Shown here in pieces: positions 50,456 through 64,000 of a DNA stretch of 64,000 nt. The notes beneath the pieces are model-generated. The model had not been told where the DNA came from, did no database searches, and saw only the letters and a list, made by a program, of their open reading frames with translations. Every line of letters starts with the position of its first letter. The first letter of the stretch is position 1. The position numbers and the translations under genes were made by a program. Origin of the DNA: Balanoglossus misakiensis (taxonomy: Eukaryota; Animalia; Hemichordata); contig CM082594.2 in NCBI GenBank assembly GCA_040954595.2, forward strand, positions 4,821,319 to 4,885,318, written 5' to 3'.

Positions 50456-53400
50456 GTCGATTAAACCTGGGGGTTTCGAGGTGACGACCTGTGCTGGAGC
50501 GTAACTTGTAGGAATATATGATAAATAATAATTTATATCCGAGAGATTTGGGAAATATTTCGAGCGCGTAAACAGAAGACAGTGTTGGTGTCAATGCCCT
50601 CGCTGTGTCAACTGTCAACACTGATGGTTCCTTTCATGTCGAGTCGAGGAAAACAACATTTCGCTTATCCGAAAGGTGGGACAGGCGCGGCGAGAGATTG
50701 GAATTCGGAAAGAATTCGCATGTTGAATGTTGAGTTATTCGACGGGAGGAAATAACATGTTAAGTGAGCGTTTCACGTTTTATCAGAAATTAAATACCTT
50801 TGTTGCATATCTTTGAGCTATCAATGTTTCGGTCGCGTGCTGTTTGTATACGTTTCTCTTTTCCACGTTGTCAGGCCCACAGGAGCCTCCATTTTAAAAG
50901 CATGTCTTCAAGGCCAACGCCGGCAGATTGTCTGACAAGGGACCGCCCCTGTGGCAAATATTTTCCTTTCTCGTCTGATCTTATTAAGCAGCTGTTTTCA
51001 AATATTATTAATCTGTAGCTATTAAAGGGCTTGTTTGTTTTTAAGTTCATTTCTTATCAATTAACGGTTTCTTGACGAGACCACGGGTCGTTCAGGGACG
51101 AACCAACGAACGTGTACTGTACGCTGTCTCTCCCCCCCCCCCCCCTTCGTCGCATTGGGGAAAGTTTTAGCGAAGGGGCTTCCAGGAAGCCAGAGCCTGT
51201 CGGTTTGAATAGGGGCAACTCTGGGGTGTGTACTTTGTGGATCAAATTTGTAAACAAAGAAAATGATCTGCGGGATCTTGTTCCTTCGCGACCACTTCAA
51301 ACGAAACAAGCAAAAAGGTGTAAATGGGAAAATAGCAATTACAGACTCAAACAATACGGTGAGCAGGTAATCCTCGCCGATTAAATCTTTAACGGGAAGC
51401 CCGGGACAAAGACTCTCGGCAAATCTTATTCAGCAACGACTAGCCGGCACCGATTATCGTTTAAACTGACTGAGTGGTCGAGCAGTCGTCTGCTCGGTGG
51501 CGGGTTTACCTTCAGGTGTACCACGCCGACGCCAGTTACCGCTCCTTAATTACCCTACGGTCGTCGTTCGGCGTTGGTGCCTTTCACAGCGGTCGGCATT
51601 TTTTTTTGGAATCATCCAGCTTATTTGCATTTTCAATGCTGTTTGCTTTTTTGTTGGCGAGATAAAGATATACTCGGGTCCCTTCAGTGGTACCGAAATC
51701 GACAATTTGGAGGGAAATCACGAGAGGCCCGGGTCGTGCGGTGGCAGCGACAATGGCGGGAAAGTGACAGCGGAATCGTGTTCACAAAGCGATGCCTGGT
51801 TTACTGTCCTCACCACGGCACAAAAGCGACAATTATTTTTATATTTTTAGGTCACCAGGTCGTCCTCTTTAAATCTGTGGACTTTATCACTTTTCGCAGC
51901 CAGCTCCTTTAACAGTTGTGTGCACAGAGTGTTTCGGTAAAACTGCACACATGCGGGTCGCATGTATGCCATGCCCATGCTCAGCTGAACGCGAGCTGGG
52001 TGAGCTCCGCCGTGAGACGAAACCGCAGTTATTGATGACCCTGGCCTAAAATTCCACCGTTGGGAATGAGCGGCGGTTTTTACGGTGAGTTGACCCGGCT
52101 CAGCAAGCCGATGCAGTGGTCCCTGACGTCTGGGGCAGGCAGATGCAGGCTCCCCCGCGTTACAGTTACTCCGGCGGTCACGATGTACGACTACGCTCCG
52201 CTGGTGTTGAACACTCCGACACGTGAAACGCAAGGCCACCACAGTACGCTATAATAATTTACACCAGTTGCCTAGGCAACCAGGTGACGGGACAAAAACG
52301 CAGCCAGAATGTGCCACTTTGTTCGAAACGGGAGAAGACAATCGAGAAGTATACCGTGAGAGTTTCCTACGGTCTTTTTTTCTTTTCTTTTTCCACAATG
52401 CAGATTGCCTCCGGTTCCAATCAAAGAGAATTTGCATAGCCTGAAGATTTACAGGGCTGATGATATATCTGTGACGGAAAATATATAGCCTGTACTTGAC
52501 ACGTTGACAGCAGTGACTAAAAACCACTGTTAGAGAGCTAGCCTGGTGTAATCTTAAGTGGGGCAAATACATTTTGTCGCTGTCACTATATCGCAGTAAC
52601 TTTAAATCATGCACCTTATCAAACAATTGCGCTAGTATATTTGAGCCACCAACGGGTATACCAGCCTCGTATCCCAATCTGAAATGTTATCTAAGTTCAA
52701 ATTTGTACGTGTCCGGCTGAGAGACCCGTCGAGGCGAAAAAAACGCCAGCGTACATACTGTATACATACACCCCGTGCATGAAGATGGCTTACCTGTTAA
52801 TACCTAACTGGATACAAACAAAATGGTGCGAGCAACGCCGTGGTCGTCCAGGTGCTTGTCTCTCTCCTTCTGGTGGGTTTCGGTCTCTCGTTTACTGGAC
52901 ACTCATTGGTCGACCGGTCTCTGTCGGTGTCAAAATAAAGTTCATCAATTAGCGACGGTTGTACGCGCGGTCCGGGTCGTAATGTGTCCATGGACGGGGC
53001 TAAACGTCGAGTGGTGTGCGTTTCGTGTTGCCCACCGGATCCCGCACATAATACTACACATTATCTAAACAAACAAATGACGTATGGCGGTAGGCACGCT
53101 GTCGTATATCAAGGTGAACGAAAAAAATGGGCAGTGGGGAACGGGAGGCGCTTATTTATTCCCCAGGCGAAAGCCGTGCTCCTGTTTTGTCTTGCTTTGT
53201 TTTTGTCTTGTTGTTATTTACGGTTTCCGGCAACTCATTGTGCGCTGCATGCGTTTTTTTGGTCAAATGTACCACTGTCCGACCGCCGCATGGGCAACTC
53301 GCAATTGCATTATGGTGATTGTTCCCCCACGCAGCCCCTTTCTCCTGCTCTCAGAATTTAACAAAATGCCTTTTTGCAAAATGTAAAAAGGCAGCTCATG

Positions 53401-56400
53401 AAAAATTTAAGGGCTAGGCCGCTCCCTGACAGAGTATAATGCATCATTGTGTAGGTCTAAGTCGGTCGGGGTAGAACGAAATTCGTTTACTGACATGGAG
53501 GCCAGTGAATTAACTTGAGTTGGACGACAGCCCGAGCTGGGGTGCCCTGACTCTTTCGAGAGAGAGAAAAAAATCATTAAGCGCTTTCTTTAAAAACAAT
53601 CTGTCAGTACTCACTGCAGTTTCTGTCGACAGTTCGGTCAGGTGCAGAACTAAGAAAGACGAATTTGACGGTCATTTATCGCCTCTGCGTTGGCAAACGA
53701 AGCAACGGTAACAAGTCGAGCCATGCACATACACGTATACGTGTACTTCGCGAACGGTATATGCTTTGTGGTGCGTTCACTCTTTCCGTCCACTGCCAAG
53801 GATAAGCGTTCCGTCGGCCACTGCAAGACGCCGCGAATATCTGACGCTGGGATTCCGCCTTCTGCCCTTATATAAGTGCAATTTCGCGTAAAAGCCCCAC
53901 CGACGCCTGAGCTAAACGTACGGTCAATTGCACCAGGCTGGTTCCACTTTACCTGCCATTGAAGGGGGGTGACTACATAACTATGAGGTGCCTGGCTTGT
54001 GATAATTGCATTAAAATGTGGGATGTCGGGCAGGCTGAGTAATTACCTGTACCCGTTTGGTGCAACCACTCTCTGTATGGGAGCGCAATCATCCTTACAC
54101 ATAGCTCTCACTGTGCTGCGCTCAATCCGAACAACTGACAACACTTTGGCGCTTATCCAAGCATGTCCAACTTTGAACTTGGCTGCCTTTTTAAGAACAG
54201 CTGGTCCGTTCCGGAATCGCCTCAGAGCACAGGGGTAAAAAAAAACTGAACGCGGGATATACTCACCGTTTCCCTTGAGTTTTCCACAAAGTTGATGGGC
54301 TATACGTGGCCGCTAACTACGTACGCTTGGATGGGACACTGATTACAAGTCTTGTCCGCCAAGTAAGAGCCACAGTGGCCCCGCACCAGACTGTCTCCTT
54401 CAGGGGATCGGCCAGCCAGCCTGTCTGACCGGAGTAACACCACTCGTCTGCGCGCAGTTTCAACACTTTCACTCCGAATATCTTGACAACTCGGTTGCTA
54501 TGGTAACCCCGCTGATATCTTGCGAAGCGGCGCTGCAAAAAATGACACAGGTGAAAGGTCAATAAAAGTTCTCGTTCGCCGCTCACAAGACTGTGTATTA
54601 TTTGGCGGTCAATCTGTTGGCTTTCGCGGTCATCTCTCAAAACTGGCACTCTGTCAGTCGGACAAGTAGTAAACACACCAGAAGCGAAGAAAGGACGTGT
54701 TCATGGTTTAACACACTTTAAGAAGCGAATTCTTGTAACGGAAAAACATCTTGCGGGACCACTAGCGGTGTCTGTGAGAGGGTTTTTAAGTGTTCGATGA
54801 GTGTTCCAGCGGCGGGGGGGGGGGGAGGCTTTCTTATACACGTGTTCAATGTGACTGCACCTGTACTGTTTCGAGCTGGCAGTCTTAACAACAACCGCTG
54901 GTATGCATGCAATTCCACCCACAATAGGGCCCACACCACGAACATGAACCCCAGTTTTGTTCTCCGCAGTCGATGTTTTAAGCATTTAGCGTGTGGTGGC
55001 AGAACAATACGGCCCCGTTGTTTGCTCGGGCTTGTTTGTACGCCGGTTTCGAATATCAATGGACTTTTCTGCGCGTTTTAGTTCTTCTTTTCTAACTCGC
55101 TACAAACTTTTGTCACTTGCCAGGTATTTTACTCGAGGTGTACACGCCGGGTTATTTTATATTAATTGTCAGCGAGAAAAAGCGGTACATGTCTATATTG
55201 TCGTCCTCGCCACCGAAATGGCGGGAAAGACATAAAATGGAACACGTCTCCCAAAAGGATGACAACTGCAGTTCAGCAAAAATATCATAAACGTATTTTC
55301 CGTGATTATATATTTTATGAACGAGTTATCAAGGTGATCTCAAAGCACAGGATACCGCGTATCACATCAATTCACATAAAAAAATATAGATATTTCCGTT
55401 CCATTTTAAAACGAAACTGCGCCGACCGACTGTGACCTTTCTTCCGTGTACAGAGGAAACATCCACAATATCTTCGTACATCATGGCAAATTTCACTGAA
55501 GGTTAAATTTAGAACCACTGAACTGACGAACAAACACGAGAGTACACGTTTTCCGTTAATGGCTTCAGAAAGAACCTCACGATTTGGTATCGCAGGACAC
55601 GTTTCCATGGAAACGGCGATGTTCAATTTCTCGCTGACGTCTTCACAGTGTTGACGTCCGTGGGCGCTCCTAATTAAATCGTCGCTTGCAATATAGAGAC
55701 AGGGTAACGTTTCTGTTGTCTGATAAAAAGGGAGGATGTCATCGTTTAACGAATTGTGCTTCTCTCGGCACTTAATTAGTGAGAGAGTGTCTTGTCCCAT
55801 AAAAAGTTAACGCACGACAAGTGGGAATGACGTCATTCCAAATTGTGCCTCTCTCGATGTAGTCGGTTGAAGAGTTTCTTGGTCATGTTTTTTTTTCTTC
55901 TTCGAGCATGGGACCGTTTTTACATCTGTCATTACCACTACATGCGTGATCGATGTGCTGGCTATCTGAGATGCGCGGACGCACGAGTTTTAACACGACA
56001 TGGCCGATCAGCGATTTGGGTCACGCGACCAGAACCCCTTCCACTTCCGACTGATGACAAGTTAACATCGTGTGATCTGCTAACAATCACAAGAGTTCAC
56101 CGCGCTCTCCTGAAAGATGCGAGAGCTCACCTGCAAGTCTGACTGCGCCAGAAACGCCGAAATCGGATACTCGCGCTAAAAATGATGTTTTATATAAGAA
56201 AATCCCCCGAGAGCTCAGACTGGTGCCCATAATGAGATATAGCTCCCTAAACCAATCAGCAGGACATTCATCGGGTAGCTTATCGCACGGTTGGCGCTTA
56301 TTGGTCAATTTCTCGGCGAACCCACGATTTAAACAGGTGTGTACATCACCAGGTGTAACGATGGCGTAATCAAGTGAGAGTATCTAGATAGCCCCTTCGC

Positions 56401-58448
56401 GGGAATCGTACACATCTTCCCCTGAACCCAAATCTTTGCTGCAACTAGAAATTGCTGTCAAAAATCAACATCAGACTTTGGCTATAGTCCGCAACGTCGG
56501 TCCTGCAAGGCTGCCAGTGATTGGTCGGTTTATTTCTCATTAATGAGGTTTTTGCGGCCTACCCACGCGCCGTTGGCCTACGCTTCAACGTTCGCGCGGA
56601 CGCCTGGCCAATTAAGACGAGCCAGCGCTTTACATAATCCTAGCCGCATATGCCTCCACTGAGATAGTGTGATGTTTAGTACATATATTCTGAGAATCTA
56701 GTTAGAGAAGAGTTCGTCTAACCCCGGTATAATAAAACCCATCATTGAGGGGAAACATCGGCGAGTAGTGCGCAGACGACACGATAATGTTGATAATATT
56801 AAAGATCGTATACGCACAGACATCTTGATAAAATAAAAGGGTATCAAAAGCTGTCTCCTTGTCGGTTCCCACAAAGGCCAAAAAATCAATTATTCTGGTG
56901 ATAATAAAAACGACGTTGCGTCTATTAGCTTGGCAGCCAGTCTGAACTTGGTCATAAAAAGTCAAATGTGGGTCACGTCGGGACACCGGGGGTTACGCGC
57001 TGGCGACATCGCAGCGGCGAGAATGATATTTCGTCTCTGAGTAGTAACACCCGCCCCTTTCCCAGCGATGATCTTGACTTACCGAGCGGATCGCGTTTCG
57101 TTTAAATGATCATGGGATTCTGTGCTCCGGGTGTCGCAGTGAAACATTGACAAAGATAAGTGGCTATTATCTGAGAGCCCCCTAGACCTTCGGGCAGTTT
57201 ATCATGCGTTTATCGACAGTTCATCGATCGAAAAGCCTGGATGGCTGTGAACTCAAGCGGTCAGGCTAGGCACTGCGACTCACCTCGCCGAGGTTAACCC
57301 CCTTCCAAACTCCCAGCGTTTTACAACCCACCAAAACACAACGAGAAACCACCTATCCATCGCAGCAAAGCAATAAGCAAGACAGGCGTTACGTTAACTT
57401 TTCTCAAACGATTTTGCAGTACATGTGTACCACTATTTTCAACCACGGGCCGTAGTCTTGATTTTAAAAGGCGGGAAAGTATTGAAGGCCGATAAATAAT
57501 GTGAGGCAAATATCTTGAGACTACAGGAAGGTACGTGAAAGTGTACACTCATCGAGAATGGGACCCTAACATGTTAACGATTCATCACATTTCAGTCGCC
57601 AGAAAGTTCAGAAAATCTTCTTCCCCGGCTTTGCCGGAGACCCTGGCACAACGGTCATCATCGTAATCGTTGTTAACGAGAACACACTCAACACATGGGC
57701 ATCCAAGGTGTTAACTATAGAAATGCAACAGTTCGTAATTTTGCGGTATGGACGAAATTCTCGCCAACACCAACGTGACGTGTGACACCTGGATTCTCTG
57801 GAAGCCAATGCGCATGCGCCGAAGGACGCGCTCCCGCATTCGACTGCACTGGGGATCTTCCCTTCAACTGTCATTGATTCGTTTCATGTCACCCAATGTC
57901 ACCCAAATATCACAGGTCACAACACGGCGTGCCCCCAGCTCAGACTTTGTGTCTCGGAAAGGGAAACTTTAGTGAGATGTTGAAAAGTGTGAGTTTCTGT
58001 GTCGCCATCTGCCCGCGGCCGGTCGGTCGCCCCAGCGAGACCCACGTTGCCACTGAAAACTTTCACACGTAGGTTATGAAATCCGCCTGACGACTCGAAC
58101 ACAACGATGTAAATGCCATGATTTGCCCGCTTTGATACTTTAAGTTACAACTCTTTTGTCTTCAAAAAAAAGTCTGATTTCTCAAACCGGTGTTAAATAC
58201 CTATGGTAATCCATATCTGCGGTAATATTTGAGCGGCGTCCCCGTGCCATACATTGTACATTATTGTTAAAGACACTTCAATGTTTTTCAGCGCGGCGTG
58301 TTCAAAAAAAAGTTCGTCGAGGCCGGGCAGGCTGGACTCCTACGTCCGTCGTAGCTTGAAGTTCCACATAAAAAAGACGGTCAAGTTTAGATTGACTGGA
58401 CCTATTGGTGACAGAAACTGATCGGTCTGACAAAAATACACCAGCTAA

Positions 58449-58646
58449 GGGCGCCGTCATTATTCATGGCCGGGGTCGGATGAATCAAGGGGGTTCTCAA
58501 ATTTTGGAAGCCTGCAGGGGGGGGGGGTTCTTAAAAATTGTAAATGAAGAGGGGGGGGGTCACTCAACTGAAAGATTTAGTTGTGTGGAGTTTCTGGTGT
58601 GATTCCTCCGACCCCCCCCCCCCGGCCGTTAATAATGACGGCTCCC
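58449..58646. mobile_element. Short PIF/Harbinger-type MITE, 198 bp
   Basis: TIRs GGGCGCCGTCATTATTCATGGCCGGGG and GGGAGCCGTCATTATTAACGGCCGGGG (24/27); flanks TAA and TCA (imperfect 3-bp TSD); internal G runs. Confidence 0.78.
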
Positions 58647-60578
58647 TCAGGCCGTGGACGTTCATTATTACAGCGTTGTGGGAAAACGTCAGTTAACTGC
58701 TTTCAACAAAACAATGTAATTTATATTTCTAATATCGGAAATATTCACCGTGACATGAAAACAGTTCCTTGTCGTGACACTTATTGTTTTGGGAGTCTTG
58801 TTTTCGAAACGTTTCACTAGACAAAACACCAACCAGCTCAGTCGAGGAAATTAATTTAGGAATTAAAATAACACCATTATTTGAATCTACAAAATTGTAG
58901 TATTATTTCTGTATTTGCTGAAATATAGTACTGGCACAAATGTCAAACAAGTTGTTAAAACAAAGTTCGAAGGGCCTATATACATATACTAAATATTAAT
59001 GTGTACATACAGGCTGGTGTATATATATATATACATATCATGTGTCAAACAAAGTTCGTATTGACTCTGACCTTTCTTTGACACGCTGTTCCATTGTTTT
59101 TATTTTATATAAAAAAAGCCTGTTCTCGTGAGCGATCAGCATTTCCTGTCTACTACCGATAGCAGAGTGATGACGTCATTAAGGGGGACAATATCGTGGG
59201 GCAGTTTTCCCGCCGGGCCGAGCGAGTGCCACTGCCAATATATATCGTGCAACCGAAAACTTCGTTTTTATCATGATGTCAGATTCATTCAAAAGTTTGG
59301 TCATCGTTCGCAGACATTCACACTCAGTCGTGATTCTGTGTCAATGATATTAACGCAGAAAAATACCGTTTTCAAGACAGGAAGGACGTGGGTATTATCA
59401 TATAAAAATCACACTGCATTATCTGGCCTCAATCGATTAATTCCGGTGATGACACGACGTACTCTGTGTGCACGGGTTTGGCATCATTTTGGAAGACGGT
59501 TGTGAGAACAAAGTCTATTTTGTCGAAAACGTGCCCACTGTCACCCGGCAATTTATTAAACGGCAGAAACGTTGACCACGGAAAATAAACCCTTTGTAAG
59601 ATGGACTTTAAAAGCTGCCATTGCCCCGGTAGTGTTGTCGGTGCCGTCTGCCAAATTAACGAGTCCAACATCGACGATTAGAGCGAGTCAAAACAATCAC
59701 CCAAATCTGAATAACGGCCTGTTTCGTGTCGAGACGCCAATAATTACTGGAATCTGGTATATATCTATCATCGGCAGTAAAGTTAGGTGACCTTTGACCT
59801 CCAGGTGCTGCGATTACTTAATACTCGTCAACCCCGGGACGAGATTATCGCCACCACCACCACAACACCAGGGGTTGTCAGGTCTCTGTCAGCAAGCAAG
59901 CAGCAACCGTGCACAATAGTGGCACCGAGCTGAACCACACTTCTGGCTGAAATACATATCCCTCACGCGAGAAGAAAAAACGCGTCGGCGCCACGTCCCT
60001 ATAAATTTGGGCAATGCACTATGTATGGTTGTGTCCGTCACAACTGATAGTAAACACACGAGTCTGCTAAATGCTTGCTGCAGTACTTTGACACTTTGGC
60101 CCGGTGACACCCCGCGGTGAACCTGACATTAGTTTTCACCCACCTTTGTGAGACTTCGGTCGGCCCAACGATGCAAGCGAGAGGTTGGCACAAACTCCCC
60201 GAAGAAACACACACACAGGCCCACACCACAATGAACAAAGGTTCAATCACAAAACTACGCATGTAAATCTACGGTGGCACATGATTGGACCATAAAGTAG
60301 GTCACAGTTTAAACCAGGGACAATATTCAGCCACCTCGGAAAATATCTTCGTTTCACCATCTGCTTGAAATGAATTCGACGAAGCCGGTGCGTCCACCTG
60401 TGCCGGCAGGTATGGAACTTTTCGCGTCTCGTGAGCACGTCAAAAATGCCATACACGCTGTCAAACATGACAACATGCATTTTGGGAGTATCTAACCAAC
60501 CCCTGGCGCACGAAGCCTGGTCCGTCTCTGATACACAAGGTATTCGGCTGTATTAATACCTTACGAAAATTACGCATT

Positions 60579-60612
60579 AAAACAAAACAAAACAAAACAA
60601 AACAAAACAAAA
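60579..60612. repeat. (AAAAC)n microsatellite
   Basis: Directly visible. Confidence 0.95.
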
Positions 60613-61902
60613 GTGAATTTGCCGAAATCAGTAAACGTTAATTTACATGAAAACTTTTTTGAAAAAAAAATGGCGCGCAGACCAAACAAAATGACGAAAG
60701 GAAAGCCCAAAATCGTGGCAATTTTTCTTCACTCTCGTGTAGTTTTATCGTTCGTGATATTCTGCTCGCTGACGTGACACTGCCAGATGAGTTTTGTCTC
60801 CGTTTGCAGGTCATTCAACGGTTATGAGCTACCTACAGATTGATTACCGTCCAAAACAAACCTCGGAGACCTCGGTATCACGAAGTTCCCGCAAGGGCTC
60901 CGCGCAAGATATCAAGATCGCCCAGATAATAACGTAATTTATTAGTGAATGAAAGATTGCCATCAAAAAATAAATACGGCGCTCTAGTATCACCGATAAC
61001 CACGCCAGAGCGTTGACTTACTCGGTCCATCGGCTCAGCATCGGCCGAGCAACCGATTTGGGAGCCTACTTCCTGAATTATCTGCCGGGGGGAGGATGTC
61101 GTCATACGGAGATGCAAACACAGAATTATCTCGAATAGGACGACACTTAACAATTATATCTGCATAAAAATGACAGACCCAATGATAATTTTCATCGGAA
61201 ATGGCAATACTCGACCAGGGAAGTGCCAACTTGAAATAGCGATAGCATGAATAACGTTCGAGATACAGCCAGCAGTGATAGGAGAAGTTATCTGACTCCA
61301 AAACGGCAGTATTAATCTGTTAATCCCTGCGATATCAACTCCGACCGAGCACAGGTTATCAGCCTCGACACTGACGTCCTGCGGTCCCCGGGTTGAGATA
61401 TGGGCCGATTCTGTCACTGTAGTTCTGCAGGGGTTCAACTGAATAAACGGGAACAAATTCGGTTATTTGTGTATCGCGCCTACACGACTATAGACGAACA
61501 TGGCGCGTACACAGCGTACAGCTATAACCGTGATACAACCAACCGACATGTAGACACAAGGTTAGAAACGCCTCTGTCGGAACTGGGTCGCGGTCGAGAA
61601 GACGACACTCCAATTGTAGAAGAAAAAAGTTAGGTGATGGAGGCATAGGGGAGAGAAAGGGTTGATTGGTGGGGTTGGGAGACGGATTGGAGTCGTGATG
61701 GTGGACAGACATGTATCATATAGACAGACAGACAGGTAGACAAGCAGACAGACACAGACAAGCAAGCAGAGAGACAGACTGTCGGCAATGACATGCGCAA
61801 ACACTATTAAGGTTAAGCATACCTTATCAGCACATGATCTAGGCCTAAGTCAAGTAAAATTACCCGCAGACAACCCGCCCAGATTCTAAGAGTGAAATAT
61901 GC

Positions 61903-61930
61903 GAGGAGGAGGAGGAGGAGGAGGAGGAGG
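61903..61930. repeat. (GAG)n microsatellite
   Basis: Directly visible. Confidence 0.95.
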
Positions 61931-64000
61931 GTGGAGCTGGGCGGAGGAAGATTGAGGGGGGGGGGAAAAACTGAAAAGTTAACAGAGAGAGACGGCCAGG
62001 AGCGGCGGAAATAAACGATTGAGTGGACAGACGCGACAAATGGATTTGAAACATCGACTCGTCAAAATCGGATCTTCGAAAAGCAAGCAAACGCGAGTAC
62101 GAATGAAAACATATTGCAAGCTATCGAATCGCTACTAGGTTTTGTTATAAACAAAAACAGTGAAAACATGGCCGCCGAACGTCGCATACACATCATACTG
62201 TATACATTTCTGTTACTTGTAGTTTCTTCGTTTCCAAGAGTTGAAATTCCGAACCCTTCTCTGTCTTAAATTGCAAACTGTAGGGCCACCTGTATCCGCC
62301 AGCCCCTATTCAGCAGGCCATTAGCTTGACCTTACGATAAGATTAAAGTTCGTTACATTATCACTACGTGTCGCCGGTTGGTACCCAATGCGTTGCCATG
62401 TCGACAGAATCCTAAGTAACCATGGGAGACGAGAACCTCGGAGGACGCTCCGCTGTGTCCTTGACAGAGCGGCAGCGGCGTAAACCCGGAATTTATTTCA
62501 AAGTACGAAACAGATTAATATCCGTTGGCGAACGACCGAACAAATACGCCGGTCTTTATAAACGCGGTTTCGAATAGAAGAAGGTAACAAAGCGGGAATT
62601 TCAGATATTCAGAATTAAACAAATTTAACCGCTCAGTGATCGGGCTAAACTGGACCATTAAATCAAACTCGCTTTACGGTTGGGGTGGAAATTCCACAGA
62701 TATCTTATACTCGGTCGTTGGTGAAATATTTAAGTTTTGAAAATGTATCTGCCGCAGGGAAGGGGTTATATCATAACACCGGGGGTATACATATTTGTTA
62801 CGATAGTTTGGAAGGGTGACGGTGTTTTAACTAGCTCTAACCAGCGTCAAAGGCGCTCACGACACTGGCATGCAAAGTCAAATTTGTCTAAACCACTAAA
62901 CAAAACAAAAGAATACTCGGACCTGAAATATATGCAGCCAATGCTGCTATATAGCTTTGGTATTTGGTCGACGGCACGAACGCAGTTTCTACTCTCGATA
63001 TGGAGAGGACGGGGCATGGTTAAGAATAAATGAATAATTTACCCCCCCCCCCCCCTCAGCTATCGCAAAATGGAAAACAATATTTTGGCTCTCAGTGACA
63101 CATAAAAAACTGGCTAAACCCCAACCATTTTCGTTTAAGATCTCTCATCATTTTTACAGATGTCCAGATAAAACTTGGTCACTTAAGACCAGGCATCGGG
63201 TTTTCCGTAGCCGCGTTGGACGCTACTTTGCTCCACGATAAAATCTCTACACGCATGATAATTGACAGATATTCCACAAAAGACTGCTCACTGAAGTCAG
63301 TTATTTATCCCAAACATTCCTTCATATGCCCGTCAAGTTTGTGTCTGTTTGCTCCTTCCATTGTGTACCTGCTAAAAGCCCCACCAGGTTTTTGTATTAG
63401 CGGACACCTGTATCTGTCGATTTTTCTCTCTCACAAAAGCTTCGCACCACACGTGCGTCCCCATTGACATTGCAGCGGGTCGTTCTACGGATTGTAAATC
63501 TGCTTTTGGGTAGCTTAATTCGAAATACGATGACAGGTAGGGGATGGTGGGGCTAATCTGCGCCCGGGGCCCATTCCTTAGAGAACCTTCTAGTCGGCCA
63601 GTGAATCAAAAGTGTCCAATTCAGAACCCCCATCTCTTAGTGTCCCTCGCGGCGATTTCGGCTCTCTCTCTCTCACTCTATTTCTCTCTCCCCTTCTCTT
63701 CTGTCTCCCCTTCTCTCTCTCTTCTGTCAACATTGTGAGTACTGCCGCTCCCTTCCTTCCTAAAGTCGCGCACGATGCAACGTCTTCGACAAATGCCTCA
63801 TAAATGCGACACATCTTTGAAAAGCGTACCGGAGATTCCTCGCACATCTGGTGCACAAGGGACATCAGGTCAAGTTTTACAACAAGGCTGTATTTACAAG
63901 AAAAAAGTGATCGTATACATGTAGATACTTTTTGATTTGGAAACAATAAACGTTTGTGCGGCCGTACAAAGCGTGAAAGGAGAAACAAGTATATACAAAG

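Overview
Animal genomic DNA; by inference an invertebrate deuterostome, possibly a hemichordate, judged from the gene, the (TATG)n tracts and the MITE types. One protein-coding gene is clearly supported: a two-exon sclerostin/SOSTDC1 (Wise)-family cystine-knot gene on the minus strand (exons 39748-39544 and 38948-38554, 199 aa). Its loop 2 lacks the vertebrate NxI LRP5/6-binding motif. The window has two compartments. (1) About 1-15760 is AT-rich and visibly CpG-poor, possibly one large degenerate mobile element. It holds an 88-bp two-variant satellite, a ~47-bp array, long hairpins, a Harbinger-type MITE, a chain of plus-strand exons whose first encodes half a RING finger, a convergent chain of short minus-strand exons, and between them a 209-bp array that looks like an amplified two-way poly(A) site. 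(2) About 15760-64000 is CpG-rich non-coding DNA around the gene, dense in CRE, RFX X-box, AP-1 and DR1 motifs, with two small MITEs and microsatellites. Nearly all other ORFs in the supplied track look spurious. I found no CRISPR array, tRNA or rRNA, and cannot demonstrate a new biological system. All counts were made by eye.
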